Below, in pieces: positions 50,810 through 64,000 of a stretch of 64,000 bases of DNA. Below the pieces are notes generated by a model that saw nothing but the letters and a program-made list of their open reading frames with translations, ran no database searches and was not told the origin of the DNA. Every line of letters starts with the position of its first letter. Positions within the stretch are counted from its first letter, which is position 1. The DNA lies in NCBI RefSeq assembly GCF_006345805.1, contig NC_043018.1:11036001-11100000 (forward strand), in the 5' to 3' direction. The translations under genes and the position numbers were made by a program. This stretch comes from Octopus sinensis (lineage: Eukaryota).

Positions 50810-51340
50810 ATGGCTCCTTATCAAATCAAACCCACCAGACGACTGACAAATACGTGTCTTCGCAACGAACTGATAACACCGAAACGTCGTTCATCCTTTT
50901 TTCCCCCCTTATTGCATATCGCAATTTTATTCCTTAAATCCTCAGAAGAACAGAATCGAACACCGAATTTAACAATTCAATCAGCTACACAAATAACGCT
51001 TTATTTCCATTGTTACCAACGCAGAACCATCCCCAGTTTCTTCGATACAGGATTTTATCTTTACACCTCAACAAATGACAGCCAGGAGAAAGAAGAAAAC
51101 GAAGGCCGAGAACGAAGCAAAAATATTGTATTGCATTCATTCACAGCCATCGCACTCCTTCACTTCTTCAACGACATCACTCTTTCTCTCTCTATTTTTC
51201 TTCCTCGTTCCTCCTTAAAATTCAAAAGGAGGCCGAATGTAGGAGTCAACACACACTCCCTCGCTTATACAATATTGTCCACAGAAGGGAGGAGTAGTTT
51301 TTGGTTGGTTGGTCGGTTTGTTGGTTGGTTGGCTTGTTGA
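50810..51340 (+). CDS. Orphan ORF of about 176 codons in unique sequence (may be non-coding)
   Basis: aacATGG start at 50810, open to the stop at 51338-51340; no recognised domain. Confidence 0.15.
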   Translation: MAPYQIKPTRRLTNTCLRNELITPKRRSSFFPPLLHIAILFLKSSEEQNRTPNLTIQSATQITLYFHCYQRRTIPSFFDTGFYLYTSTNDSQEKEENEGRERSKNIVLHSFTAIALLHFFNDITLSLSIFLPRSSLKFKRRPNVGVNTHSLAYTILSTEGRSSFWLVGRFVGWLAC

Positions 51341-51545
51341 TTGGCTGGATTGGTGTGGAAAGAACAAAAAGGAAGTTTATTCAGCTCTTTATCCCTCCTG
51401 CTCCCTCTCTCGCAACCAATTCCCCTCTTTCCCTCTCTATGTCTGGCGCTGTTGTCTGAATCTCTCTCTCTCTTCTCACATACTCTCTATGCTTTATTGT
51501 AGCCATGGTATTATTTCTATTTCATTAATATTATTTACTAAAGAA

Positions 51546-52440
51546 AGCGGAGAGCTGACAGAAACGTTAGCGCGCCGGGCGAAATGCTTAGCGGTATTTC
51601 GTCTGCCGTTACGTTCTGAGTTCAAATTCCGCCGAGGTCGACTTTGCCTTTCATCCTTTCGGAGTCGATAAATTAAGTACCAGTTGCGCACTGGGGTCGA
51701 TGTAATCGACTTAATACCTATGTCTGTCCTTGTTTGTCCCCTCTGTGTTTAGCCCCTTGTGGGTAGTAAAGAAATAGGTATTATTTCTATTTCATTAATA
51801 TTATTTACTAAAGAAGGCGGAGAGCTGGCACAAGCATTAGCACGCCAGGCGAAATGCGTAGCCGTATTTCGTCTGCCGTTACGTTCTGAGTTCAAATTCC
51901 GCCGAGGTCGACTTTGCCTTTCATCCTTACGGAGTCGATAAATTAAGTACCAGTTACGCACTGGGGTCGATCTAATCGACTTAATCCGTTTGTCTGTCCT
52001 TGTTTGTCCTCTCTATGTTTAGCCCCTTGTGGATAGTAAAGAAATAGAAATAGGTATTTTGTCTGTCTTACGTTCTGAGTTCAAATTCCGATGAGGTCGA
52101 CTTTTTCTTTCATCCTTTCGGCGTCGTTAATTTAAGTACCAGTTGAGTACTGGGGTAGATCTAATCGACCGACCCCTCTCCCCCAAAATTTCAGGTTTTG
52201 TGCCTAAAGTAGAAAATAATATTATTAAAGGTATGGAGCTGGCAGAATCGTTAGCAGGCTGGGTAAAATGCTTAGCTCCATTTTATATGTCTTTACGTTC
52301 TGAGTTCAAATCCCGTCGAGGTCGACTTTGCCTTTCATCCTTTCGAGGTCGCTAAAATAAGTAGCAGTTAAGCAGCAGGGTCGATGTAATGAACCTATCT
52401 CTCCCCATGAAGTTACTGACCTTGTGCCAAAATTTGAAAT
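51546..52440 (+). mobile_element. SINE A tandem cluster (two young-tailed units of 270-bp period, a headless old unit, a further old copy)
   Basis: 39-bp flank duplicated at 51507-51545 and 51777-51815; junction at 52047-52060. Confidence 0.9.
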
Positions 52441-52599
52441 CAATATAATAGACTGTCCAGTTTACTGGGAAAAATCTTCGGTTTTGTGTCTATAAAAAAG
52501 TTCTATTTATTCATTTCGAAAAACAGTTCATTCGCAAAATCTTTAGAGCAGAATTTAGCTGTTGGCCTTCACGTTTTAAGTTCAAATCCTGGCGAGACT

Positions 52600-52960
52600 T
52601 ATCTTCTTTTCTTCTTCCAGAGTCGATAAAATAAAGTACCAGTCAAATACAGGTACTCAACTGGAACTTATTATATCGACCCCACTCCAGGAAAATGTTG
52701 AGAAGCGAAGTCGTCCTCGACGGAATTTGGACTCAGAACGTAAAGACGGACAAAATGCCGCTAAGCATTTTATCCGGTATGCTAACAATTCCGGCAGCTT
52801 GCCGTCTCAGGACAAGTACATTATATTAACCCCAGTAGTCGACTGGTACTTTATTTTACCGATGCCAGAAGGATGAATGTCAAACTCGACTCGGACCAAA
52901 TTTGAACTCAGAGCGTACAGCTCCGTAAGTAGAATACCGCAAACATTTTATCAGATGCTT
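52600..52960 (-). mobile_element. Old SINE A fragments
   Basis: cggaatttggactcagaacgtaaagacggacaaaatgccgctaagc and a second decayed body. Confidence 0.7.
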
Positions 52961-53289
52961 TATAAAGTCTATGTCAATCCACGGCCTTTACTCACGAACT
53001 AATAATAAACACGAAAAGCATATCAGATAAACGATTACTAGCAGTAGTACTTGATATATTTTCAGTTGTGTGACAGGAGTTTATTGATTCAACGCGCGCA
53101 GTAATCTACATCTTGTCTATTTGTTCTGCCACGCCAAACAAAACAGCCATTATACATCTATTATATGCATTCACTTACTATTTCTCCTAATGTTATCATT
53201 TCGTAAAGCCGATAGAAAGAATTTCTATGGAATTCCGAGGAAACAAGAGAGGGCAGATAGTACGGGGACATATATTATCAGTTGAATAA

Positions 53290-54030
<741 letters not shown>

Positions 54031-54967
54031 GAGGATAAAGATGGTAGTGATAGTGATGATGGTGGTATTATTATTATCTTTTAATCCTGTTTTAAAACCT
54101 TCTACTCAATTAATGGATAACCACGGTTCTCTCCAGATCTCCATCCGTCGTTTCTTTCTTTCTTTCTTTCTTTCTGTGTGTGTGTTTTTTTTTACTGATT
54201 TTGTTTTCTTTCTTTGGTCTATCTTATTCGGGAAGCCATATTCACAAAAGCAGGTAACTGCGTCAATACCAAATCCTTAGTGCTTCCTATACTAACAGAA
54301 CCACTAAAGATATTGACATTGACGAAAGTACAACTCTAACAACAGCAACAGCAGCAGCAGCAGCGCAGCAGCAGCAGCAGCAGTAGCAACAACAACAACA
54401 AAGAACGACCAGAAGAATTGATTGTTGTGTTGTTGTTGTTGTTATTGTTGCTGTCGTTGTAGCTGTAGCATTTCTCAGGATTGGCCACAATAATTCAATC
54501 ATATCTCCAGATAATTCCTAAAGACTTGATTTGTACAGTGAAATGATGAAAACGAACTGATATATACAAATTCCTGTCAGATCTAAGATTAATGGTCAAA
54601 TCTATTCGAAGCTTCTAGAACTCGTTTTTCCTCTTAGGTTTAAACATAAAAAAAAAAAGAAAAAGAAAAAAAAAAAAAAGAAAAAGAAAACAACAACAAC
54701 AACAGCAGCAACAACAAACAAAGGTCTATTGAATCTTTATTTTATTCTTTCATGATCTTGATAATGTTGTTTTCTGATGGCGGTGATCGTATGATGGAAA
54801 TTACTGTATGGTGGCATATTAATGGTAGCGTGACAGAAACGGCAGAAGGTGATGTCGAATTGGCTGTGGAGTGCGACAGATTTGGTCGAATCAGCTTTGG
54901 AGTGACAGATCTAGTACCGTATTGTCCGTGGAATGATGGAATTGGTGGCAGAGTGCTAGTAGTAGGA

Positions 54968-55278
54968 GCATTCCGTCGGTTACGACGACGAGGGTCCTAG
55001 CTGATGCGATCAACGGAACAAGCTTGCTCGTGAAATTAACGTGCAAGTGGCTGAGTACTCCACAGACACGTGTACCCTTAACGTAGTTCTCGGGGAGATT
55101 CAGCGCGACACAGAGTGTGACAAGGCTGGCCCTTTGAAATACAGGTATAACTCATTTTTGCCAGCTGAGTGGACTGAAGCAACGTGAAATCAAGTCTCTT
55201 GCTCAAGGACACAACGCGTCGCTGGGAATTGAACTCGTGGCCTTACAATCATGAGCCGACTGTCCTAAGCCAGGCGCC
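54968..55278 (-). mobile_element. SINE family D, full length
   Basis: Homologous to 28078-28391. Confidence 0.88.
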
Positions 55279-55507
55279 TTCACGGCAGAGTACTATAGTG
55301 CGACGCGACAGATTTGGTAGCAAGTATTGCACTGTACTGGCTGCAGAAATTACTGGTACGGTACTGTATTGGCGCGGTGTGGATGGTGTGGTAGAAGACA
55401 CTATATTATTGGTAGCGAGATAGATTTGGTAGTTAGTACTGTACTGAATTGATGAGGGTATCACATATTTGGTAGTAGATACTGCATAGTATTGATGGCG
55501 GTGTGGA

Positions 55508-55886
55508 GGCGCAATGGCCCAGTGGTTCGGGCAGCGGACTCACGGTCGTGGTATCGCGGTTTCGATTCCCAGACCGGGCGTTGTGAGTGTTTATTGACCG
55601 AAAACACCTAAAGCTTCACAAGGCTCCGGCAGGGGTTGGTGGCGACCCCTGCTGTACTCTTTTACCACAACTTTTTCTCTCCCTTTCTTCATGTTTCTGT
55701 TGTACCTGTATTTCAAAGAGCCTGCCTTGTCACACACACTCTGTGCCTCGCTGACTCTACCCGAGAACTACGTTAAGGGAACACGTGTCTGTGGACTGCT
55801 CAGCCACTTGCACGTTAATTTCACGAACAAGATGTTCCGTTGATCGAATCAACTGAAACCCTCGTCGTCGTAACCGACAGAGTGCC
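55508..55886 (+). mobile_element. SINE family C (tRNA-derived; shares its 3' ~180 bp with family D)
   Basis: ggcgcaatggcccagtggtt...ggtttcgattcccagacc head; 3' gaaaccctcgtcgtcgtaaccgac. Confidence 0.88.
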
Positions 55887-55957
55887 ACGATTGATGGTGG
55901 TACGGTGGAATTTAGTAGAAAGTACTCTACTTTCTACTTAATTCTCTACTTTCTACT

Positions 55958-56355
55958 ACGGCGAGCTGGCAGAATCGTTAGCACACCGGGCGAAATGCAT
56001 AGCAGTATTTCGTCTGCCGTTACGTTCTGAGTTCAAATTCCGCTGAGGTCGACTTTGCTTTTCATCCTTTCGGGGTCGATAAATTAAGTTACAGTTACGC
56101 ACTGGGATCGATATAATCTACTTAATCCGTTTGTCTGTCCTTGTTTGTCCCCTCTGTGTTTAGCCCTTTGTGGGTAGTAAAGAAATAGGTATTTCGTCTG
56201 CCGCTACGTTCTGAGTTCAAATTCCGCCGAGGTCGACTTTTTCTTTTCATCCTTTCGGGGTCGATAAATTAAACACCAGTTGCGTACTGGGTCGATCTAA
56301 TCGACTGGCCCCCTTCCCCCCAAAATTTCGGGCCTCGTGCCTAGAGTAGAAAAGT
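55958..56355 (+). mobile_element. SINE A dimer: head-body-young tail / body-old tail
   Basis: Junction gaaataggtatttc at 56182-56195. Confidence 0.92.
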
Positions 56356-56535
56356 AGGAAAGAATAACCTGAAGTATCTGTTAAGCAATATAATGACCCG
56401 TTTTCAATGACTTTTGTCTTGAAATATTCCAGTGATCAAATAAAAGTACCAGTGGCGTAATGGGGTCTGACCGATGTTAACTTTGTTTTATATCCACATG
56501 GAGACCATAAAATGAAGAATAGAAGAGTCGCTTAC

Positions 56536-56595
56536 TTCTCTTATACAAAATTTCTGTCACAACATCTACGCTTGAGCTTGGTATTATTGGTGGAC
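56536..56595 (-). other. Candidate 60-nt symmetric (phase 1-1) exon, GPPIIPSSSVDVVTEILYKR
   Basis: ctcactaaattgttttccccag|G acceptor with branch-like CTAA and pyrimidine tract; AGAA|GTAAGC donor; only one frame open. Confidence 0.3.
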
Positions 56596-56711
56596 CTGGG
56601 GAAAACAATTTAGTGAGTTCGTACGTTTCCATCATTGCTGAGTTTACAACACGTGTTCGATTCCCAGTTCTGTTGTAATTTTGCAATTTTTTACTCCAAT
56701 TTTCCTTGTTA

Positions 56712-56914
56712 TTACTCTTTTACTTGTTTCAGTCATTTGACTGCGGCCATGCTAGAGCACCGCCTTTAGTCGAGCAAATCGGCCCCGGGACTTATTCTTT
56801 TGTAAGCCTAGTACTTATTCTATCGGTCTCTTTTTGCCGAACCGCTAAGTAACGGGGACATAAACACACCAGCATCGGTTGTCAAGCAATGCTAGGGGGA
56901 CAAACACAGACACA

Positions 56915-56962
<48 letters not shown>

Positions 56963-57128
56963 CATATATACGACGGGCTTCTTTCAGTTTCCGTCTACCA
57001 AATCCAATCACAAGGCTTTGGTCGGCCCGAGGCTATAGTAGAAGACACTTGCCCAAGGTGCCACGCAGTGGGACTGAACCTGGAACCATGTGGTTGGTAA
57101 ACAAGCTACTTACTACACAGCCACTCCT
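56712..57128 (-). mobile_element. SINE family B, complete
   Basis: Head 56973-57128, tail 56712-56900. Confidence 0.92.
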
Positions 57129-57726
57129 GCGCCTATTGAGATTTCTAAGATTTGAAGGAGGGATTTAACTACCTTTTTTTAGTTGTTCGAGCGGCCATAT
57201 TAGAAGTTCTGTCGTCGGCTTCATGGTAATGGCGACGGTAATTTATTATCAATTTCGCCCTCCTCCTTCTTGTCCTCTTCCTTCTCATCATTTCCCCCAC
57301 CGCTAGCATCACAACAATGATGATGAAGATGATGGTGATGATGATGATGACGACGGCGACGACGATGATGATGGTGACGATGATAATGATAATGGCGATG
57401 ATGATGACGATGATGATGATGACGATAATGACGATGACAATGATGATGGTGATGTTGAGGTGGAGGAGGTGAAGAATGTTATCACCTTAGTGACAAGCGC
57501 CATAACTACCAACATCATAGTTACCAATACCTTAGTTACCAAGACTAATTCCCACTGCCTAAATTATCCCTGTAGTTACTAATACATAGTTACAAACACC
57601 TTCCGTACCAATACTCAACTAATACCATTGTACCATTGTTACTATCGCTTATTGTTACTAATGCCAGAGTTACCAACACCATAGTGACCAACACGACATT
57701 TAGCTTCACTTTAGTTACTGTCTCCA

Positions 57727-57972
57727 TGAAAGACAAAGTCAACCTCGGCGGAATTTGAACTCAGAACGTAGCGGCAGACGAAATACCTATTTCTTTACTA
57801 CCCACAAGGGGTTAAACACAGAGGGGACAAACAAGGACAGACAAACGGATTAAGTCGATTATATCGATCCCAGTGCGTAACTGGTACTTAATTTATCGAC
57901 CCCGAAAGGATGAAAGGCAAAGTCGACCTCAGCGGAATTTGAACTCAGAACGTAGCGATAGACGAAATACTG
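57727..57972 (-). mobile_element. Headless SINE A dimer: body-young tail / ~65 nt of body
   Basis: Both halves begin at GTATTTCGTC; junction at 57780-57793. Confidence 0.9.
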
Positions 57973-58839
57973 GTGACCATCACCACGGTTACCATCACCA
58001 TAGTTACCAACATCTTTTTCAGTCACTGCTCACAGACCGTATTCCTTCGTTCCTTCCTTCGTTTATTCATTCATTCCTTCATTCTTCTCCGTCGTTCTGC
58101 TTCATCTAAATTGTTCTGTTTCTCTCTTTTCTTTCTTTTTGCCCTGCCCCTACGCCCTACCCTTGCCTCCTGCCCTCACACCCTGTCATTACCTCCTGTC
58201 CCTACCCCCTGTTCTTGCCCCTACCCTCCCTTACCCTCCTCTTCCCTACAGCCCCCACTGTCCCTACTACCCCCATTTCCCCCTACCCCCCACTGCCCCG
58301 CCACCCTTCCCTGCCCTCCCTGCCCTTCACCACCGTCCTCCACTGCCGCCCTCCAACTGGTTTCCTCCATATTTCCACCCTCTTCTAAAAATTATTTCGG
58401 ACACGTGCTTAAGTAATTTGTAGTAGAAAGAGATATTGTTGATCAAACCTCGTTGAATATTGATTAGATAAATCGGTTATTGATCAAAAAGTACCTTTGC
58501 TCATATTTATTCAATCAATATAGATGTGATTGATTGATTCTGGTGTGATTTGAACCCTGAATGCAAAGGGAAATAAACTTATCATGACACTTTGCTGCTC
58601 CACCGATTCTGATAATCATTTGTCTTTGTGCTTCGATAAATTAATGATTCTAAACTTAATTAACGATTATCAAATTCTCAAGTGTTTGTATTCGGAGTAG
58701 TCCGTCATATAAACCGCTTGTTCCTCCCCACCCCCCGTACACAGCTGGTACTTTAATTTTAATGATCCACTGAAAGATAAAAGGCAAGAATCAACTTGAA
58801 CGGACTTTAAACTCAGGAAGTTGAGATATCTCTTTTTCA

Positions 58840-59305
58840 CACACACACGCAAACACGCACACACAAACGCGCACACACACGCGCACACACGCGCGCACAC
58901 ACACACGCACACACACACGCGCACACACACGCGCACACACACACACGCACACACACACACACGCACACACACGCGCACGCACACACACGCGCGCACACAC
59001 ACACGCAACACACACACGCGCACACACACGCGCACATACACACACGCACACACACACACACGCACACACACACACGCAACACACACACGCACACACACAC
59101 GCACACACACGCGCGCACACACACACACACGCACACACGCGCACACACACACACGCGCACACACACACGCACATACACACACACACGCGCGCACACACAC
59201 ACGCACACACACACACGCACACACACACACGCACACACACACGCACACACACACACGCACACACACGCACACACACACACACACACGCACACACACACAC
59301 ACACT
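58840..59305. repeat. (CA/CG)n alternating purine-pyrimidine tract
   Basis: Direct reading. Confidence 0.95.
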
Positions 59306-59364
59306 CACGGACATATTTGTGTATGCATACATACATGCATACACACACCTACAGATGCGCATTT

Positions 59365-62043
59365 AAACAGCTGTTATCACTCGTTAAGAACAGATACGAG
59401 AAACCTGCGCTGGAAATGGTAATGAAGCCGCTAAACAAAAGCAACCTGAATGAAAAGCAAAACTTGAAGAAAACATCATCAATCTACGACGCCATATTGG
59501 ATTGTGAAACACGTTCAGAAAAAAATAAGAGGTCTAATGAGCTTACACCTCATTAATTACATCTTAAGAACAAATTAACAAAGCTCTATGGTGACTCTCT
59601 TGAGAGAAGGTTAATTACTCCAAAACCCGGATTCCGGTCGCTGGGCAAAGTTTTGAACGAGTCTGTATAAATCACAAATTTGCTTCTAATCCGAAGACGT
59701 TAAATAGGGAAAGGACGAAGGGAAATAACTCCGTTAAGAAAGCCTTCTCCGAAGAAGATCTTGTTGAAAATCTGGAATGAAAAGAGGGATCTCAACCTCA
59801 ATGCACGCTCTTTAATGTAGTAAGGAGAGAATGCTGTACCAACATCAACAGTAAAGCGTATGCGATTTACCCGGAAACTTTCAACGTAGCTGTAGTCAAA
59901 CTACATTATGGGAAGGCAGCTGGAAGGGACCTAACAGTTGGATACTGGTATGAGAGGCTGAAATTGCACAGGCAACCACTAATACGTGTATTCAGAGGTA
60001 CTATGCGAGGTTAGAGTGACGTACCAAATTGGTTTGCTTTTGCAGGGACAAAATTTGTCGCTAATAATGAAAGCACCGAGTTGGCCGAAAACTGTCGGCC
60101 CATTGCTTTCCTAAACATTATTTGCAAACTGTAGACAAGCTGCCTCAACCAATTCCTCCAGGATAATTGTGAGTCCAACAACAAAGTGAATGACGATCAA
60201 GCTGGTGGAAAGAAGAGAGTAGGGGACGGGTGCCGAACAGCTTTTGATTAAGTTGTACTGTCTGAAGTAAAAGAAATATCGTAGGCGCCTTAAGTAGTAT
60301 GGTTTTATTATAGGAAAGTATTTGACTCTATTCCCTACTTATGGCTGCTGAAGTGTTTCCGTTTGGCAAAAGTGCCTGCTACCTTAATTGCTGCCATTGA
60401 GAGACTCACAAAGACTTGGACAACAGTTTTTACTCTTAGAACCAAGAGCGGAACGATCGGCACCAATGTTATAAATATTTCAAAGGGAATATTCCAAGGA
60501 GACAAACTCCCGGTAATTCTGTTCATTTTGGTGTTAAATCCATTTACCATTCCTGCTATAAAAGCAAATGGCTCCTTGCTAGGGTCTGCAACTGCTGGAG
60601 ATATTAATGCAACTCGTAATTTCTTTGTGGATAACCTCAAGATCGATGCCAAAAATGTGAACAATGCCAAAAACAGAACTGGAATTAATAGCATTTTCAG
60701 TTGACATAGGAGTGGAATTTGGCCAAAAGAAATGTTCATATTTGATTGTTGAACGGAGAAAAATCAATACCCCAGATCCAAAACCTGTGTATCAATGGTT
60801 TCACTATATCTCCTGTCCCCCGCTAAGAATGCAGCAGGTACTTAGGCATTGATGAAAATATATCGTACAAAGGTACTGCGAATATAGGCAGAGTGACCCA
60901 AGAATATTAAAACAGATTTGAAAAAATATGACGGTTGGAACTGTCCTCTTACAATAAAAAACAGTATCCCACAATTCATTTGCAATACCTGTGCTGATCC
61001 CAATATTTGGGATACTTGACTGGTCTGTAGAAGAAAGTCACTCCATAGAAGTTAAAACCCACAAGACACTGAAATAGAGATATAGACAGGCTCCACCTAA
61101 GAAGAGTTAAAGGAGGCAGAAATTCGAGATCAGTGCGGAATGTCGTATAATCTCTCCCAGATAACACCAGGTAAAAAAACAGTGAAAATAAATACGTTAA
61201 GTTAGTGCTGAAGAGTAAAGAAAATATTCTATGTGTCGGCAACGAGCACCTAGGAATCATCCTCTTCTTAATGATCTCCCGTACATCTCCAAGACAGCCG
61301 GACTAACATACTTGAAAGAAGACCTGGATGTGAAACGCTCTACATGCAAAAAAACAAACAAAAACAAAACAAAACAAAAACAAAACAACAACAAAAACAA
61401 CCACGCATCGCTTTGTTTCCCGAAGACTTGAAGAAGACAGTAATAGTGATACGAACCGCAGCTTCGCTTGAACTCGTGACCGCTACATCACACTTCGATC
61501 CAAACAATTGCCCAAAAATGCCATCAAGGTACTACCTTTCTATGCAACACGGCGTTGTCGCAGAAACGAAGCACAATGCCACCCGATAAAGGACTGTCTT
61601 GGAATAAACGTAGAAAATCCATCTGTTACTGAATATGTACACAGATATCAACTCAAGGTGCACTGGTCGAATATTCCCATCAAAGCGTCTACCAAGGTTA
61701 ACAGGACGGATATTGTTATTTGGGACAGACAAGAAAAAGTATGTACCGCCATAGAGGTCAACTGTTCTGCCGATGTGAATGTCTATTCGAAAATCAAAGA
61801 GAAAGAAGGTAATTATGGAGAACTGCTCCGAAACCTCCACCTTCTATATCCGGATTACAAATTTACATTTATACCAATGATAATTGGAGCACATGGTTTT
61901 GTGAGTAAATGCCTAACCGACAGCCTGGATAAGCTTGGATTTTCAGAAAATGAAAATTATCCAACTAATTCACACATCACAAATAAAATCTGTATTCGGA
62001 TCTGTTAAAATATGCAAAACTTTTTTCAAGTTCAAAATGTAAT
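59365..62043 (+). mobile_element. Decayed R4/Dong-like non-LTR retrotransposon (RT + restriction-like endonuclease)
   Basis: RPIAFLNIICKL, RKVFDSIP, KGIFQGDKLPVILFILVLNP, FFVDNLKI, FSVDIGVEFGQKKC, YLGI; endonuclease NRTDIVIWDRQEKVCTAIEVNCSAD...FIPMIIGAHG; ends KICKT..KFKM*. Confidence 0.9.
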
Positions 62044-62149
62044 ATTGCATTGTTATCTACATTCCAAAGATGGAGCTTTGTATCTTTGTTAGAAATCAGC
62101 TCCTTCTTCATGTAAATAATTAAAAACAAATGAGAACATACATATGTGC

Positions 62150-63135
62150 GTAAGCATACATACATACATACATACATACATACATACATACATACATACA
62201 TGCATACATACATACATACATACATACATACATGCATACATACATACATCATACATACAACATACATACATACATAGACATACATACGTACATGCCTGCA
62301 TGCATACAGCATACATACATACATACATACATACATCACACATACATACATACACACATGCATACATACATACATACATACTGCATACATACATACATAC
62401 ATACAATACATACATACATACACACATACATACATACATACATACATACATCACACATACAACATACATACATACATACATACATACATACATACATACA
62501 TACATACATACATACATACATACATCCATACATACATACATACATGCATAGACGTACATACGTACATGGCTGCATGCATACATACATTCATCATACATAC
62601 ATAATACACACATACATACACACATACATACATACATACATACATACATACATACATCATACATACATCATACATACACACCTACATACATACATACATA
62701 CATACATGCTATAGAGTACATACGTACATGCCTGCATGCCTACATACATTCATACATACCTAATACACACATACATACATACATCATACATACATACATA
62801 CATACATACACACATACATACATCACACATACATACATACATACACACATACATACATACATACATACATACATACATACATACATACATACCACATACA
62901 TACATCACACATACATACATACATACACACATACTCATACATACATACATACATACATACATACATACATACATACATACATACAACTAGACCACATACA
63001 TACATACATACATACATACATACATACATACATACATACACACATACATACATACATACATACATACACACATACATACATACATACATACATACATACA
63101 AACACATACACACACACATTCATACATACATACAT
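62150..63135. repeat. (CATA)n array
   Basis: Direct reading. Confidence 0.95.
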
Positions 63136-63390
63136 AAAGATCCAAAAGATGGAGCCTTGTATCTTCGTTGGAAACCGGCTCCCTCCTCAGTGGAAGATTT
63201 ATAATAGTTAAAGAATAGAAGAGACATACAAAAATATCCTGTTGTTGATGTTGAAATTCCAGTGAAGGAGCCTTGGATCTAGGTTCGAAACCGGCTCTTT
63301 CTCTGTTGGAAAGAAATCTTGAAATAAAACTGAACAATGGCGTACATAGACTTGGTGACGCAAACTGTAAAAAGAAAACTCAAAGCATGA
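63136..63390 (+). mobile_element. Two tandem copies of the R4/Dong 3'-UTR stem-loop segment
   Basis: GGAGCC-20 nt-GGCTC(C/T) at 63151-63182 and 63267-63298, homologous to 62072-62103. Confidence 0.65.
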
Positions 63391-63413
63391 GTGTACACAC
63401 ACACACACACACA

Positions 63414-63445
<32 letters not shown>

Positions 63446-63611
63446 TACACACACACACACATACACACCACACACATACACATACATACACACACACACA
63501 CACATACACATACATACACACACACACACATACACACACATACACACACACACCACATACACACACATACACTACACACACACACACATACACACACACA
63601 CACATACACAC

Positions 63612-63646
<35 letters not shown>

Positions 63647-64000
63647 TACACACACACACATACACACACACACACACACAACACACATACACACACACAC
63701 ACACATACACACACATACACACACACACCACACACATACACACACATACACACACACATACACACACACATACACACATACACACACACATACACAACAC
63801 ACATACACACACATACACACACACACACATACACACACACATACACACACACACATACACATACACACACACATACACAACACACACACACACACATACA
63901 CACACACACACCACATACACACACACACATACACACACATACACACACACACATACACACACACATACACACATACACACACACATACACATACATACAC
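63391..64000. repeat. (CA)n/(CATACA)n array
   Basis: Direct reading. Confidence 0.95.

Noticed and set aside
50870-50895. CTGATAACACCGAAACGTC as a hammerhead
   Set aside because: No stem II and the core lacks G8; likely chance.
56523-56612. Plus-strand exon ...LELGIIGGPGENNL|GTGAGT (P-loop-like)
   Set aside because: No pyrimidine tract at the acceptor and no GK(S/T); the antisense reading has better splice signals.
63255-63300. Hammerhead or HDV-like fold for the R4 3' motif
   Set aside because: The core CCAGTGA is non-canonical, no downstream P2 partner exists for an HDV fold, and the covariation favours the simple GGAGCY/RGCTCC stem.
58670-64000. Cys/Val-rich and His/Thr-rich ORFs
   Set aside because: Translations of (CA/CG)n and (CATA)n.

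Overview
Repeat-saturated, AT-rich eukaryotic DNA. The SINE families and compound microsatellites resemble octopus (coleoid cephalopod) genomic DNA; the species assignment is inference. No host protein-coding gene can be securely called, and most long ORFs in the track are microsatellite read-throughs. The window holds (i) dozens of tRNA-derived SINEs of at least four families; (ii) decayed non-LTR retrotransposons of Tx1/L1, R4/Dong, CRE, RTE and Penelope type; (iii) DNA-transposon remnants (mariner, Tc1/mariner, piggyBac, hAT MITE, Tigger, Helitron/Helentron); and (iv) about nine Penelope-type minimal hammerhead-ribozyme motifs, one with a compensatory U3:A8 core. The most interesting signals are a tRNA-headed SINE with a hammerhead tail and an inverted tail copy (23.4-24.0 kb), a SINE that appears to insert at GTATT sites within older copies of itself and leave long duplications, LINE families each tied to a particular microsatellite, and several fold-back structures. 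A few weak candidate minus-strand exons exist. Coordinates of decayed repeats are approximate.
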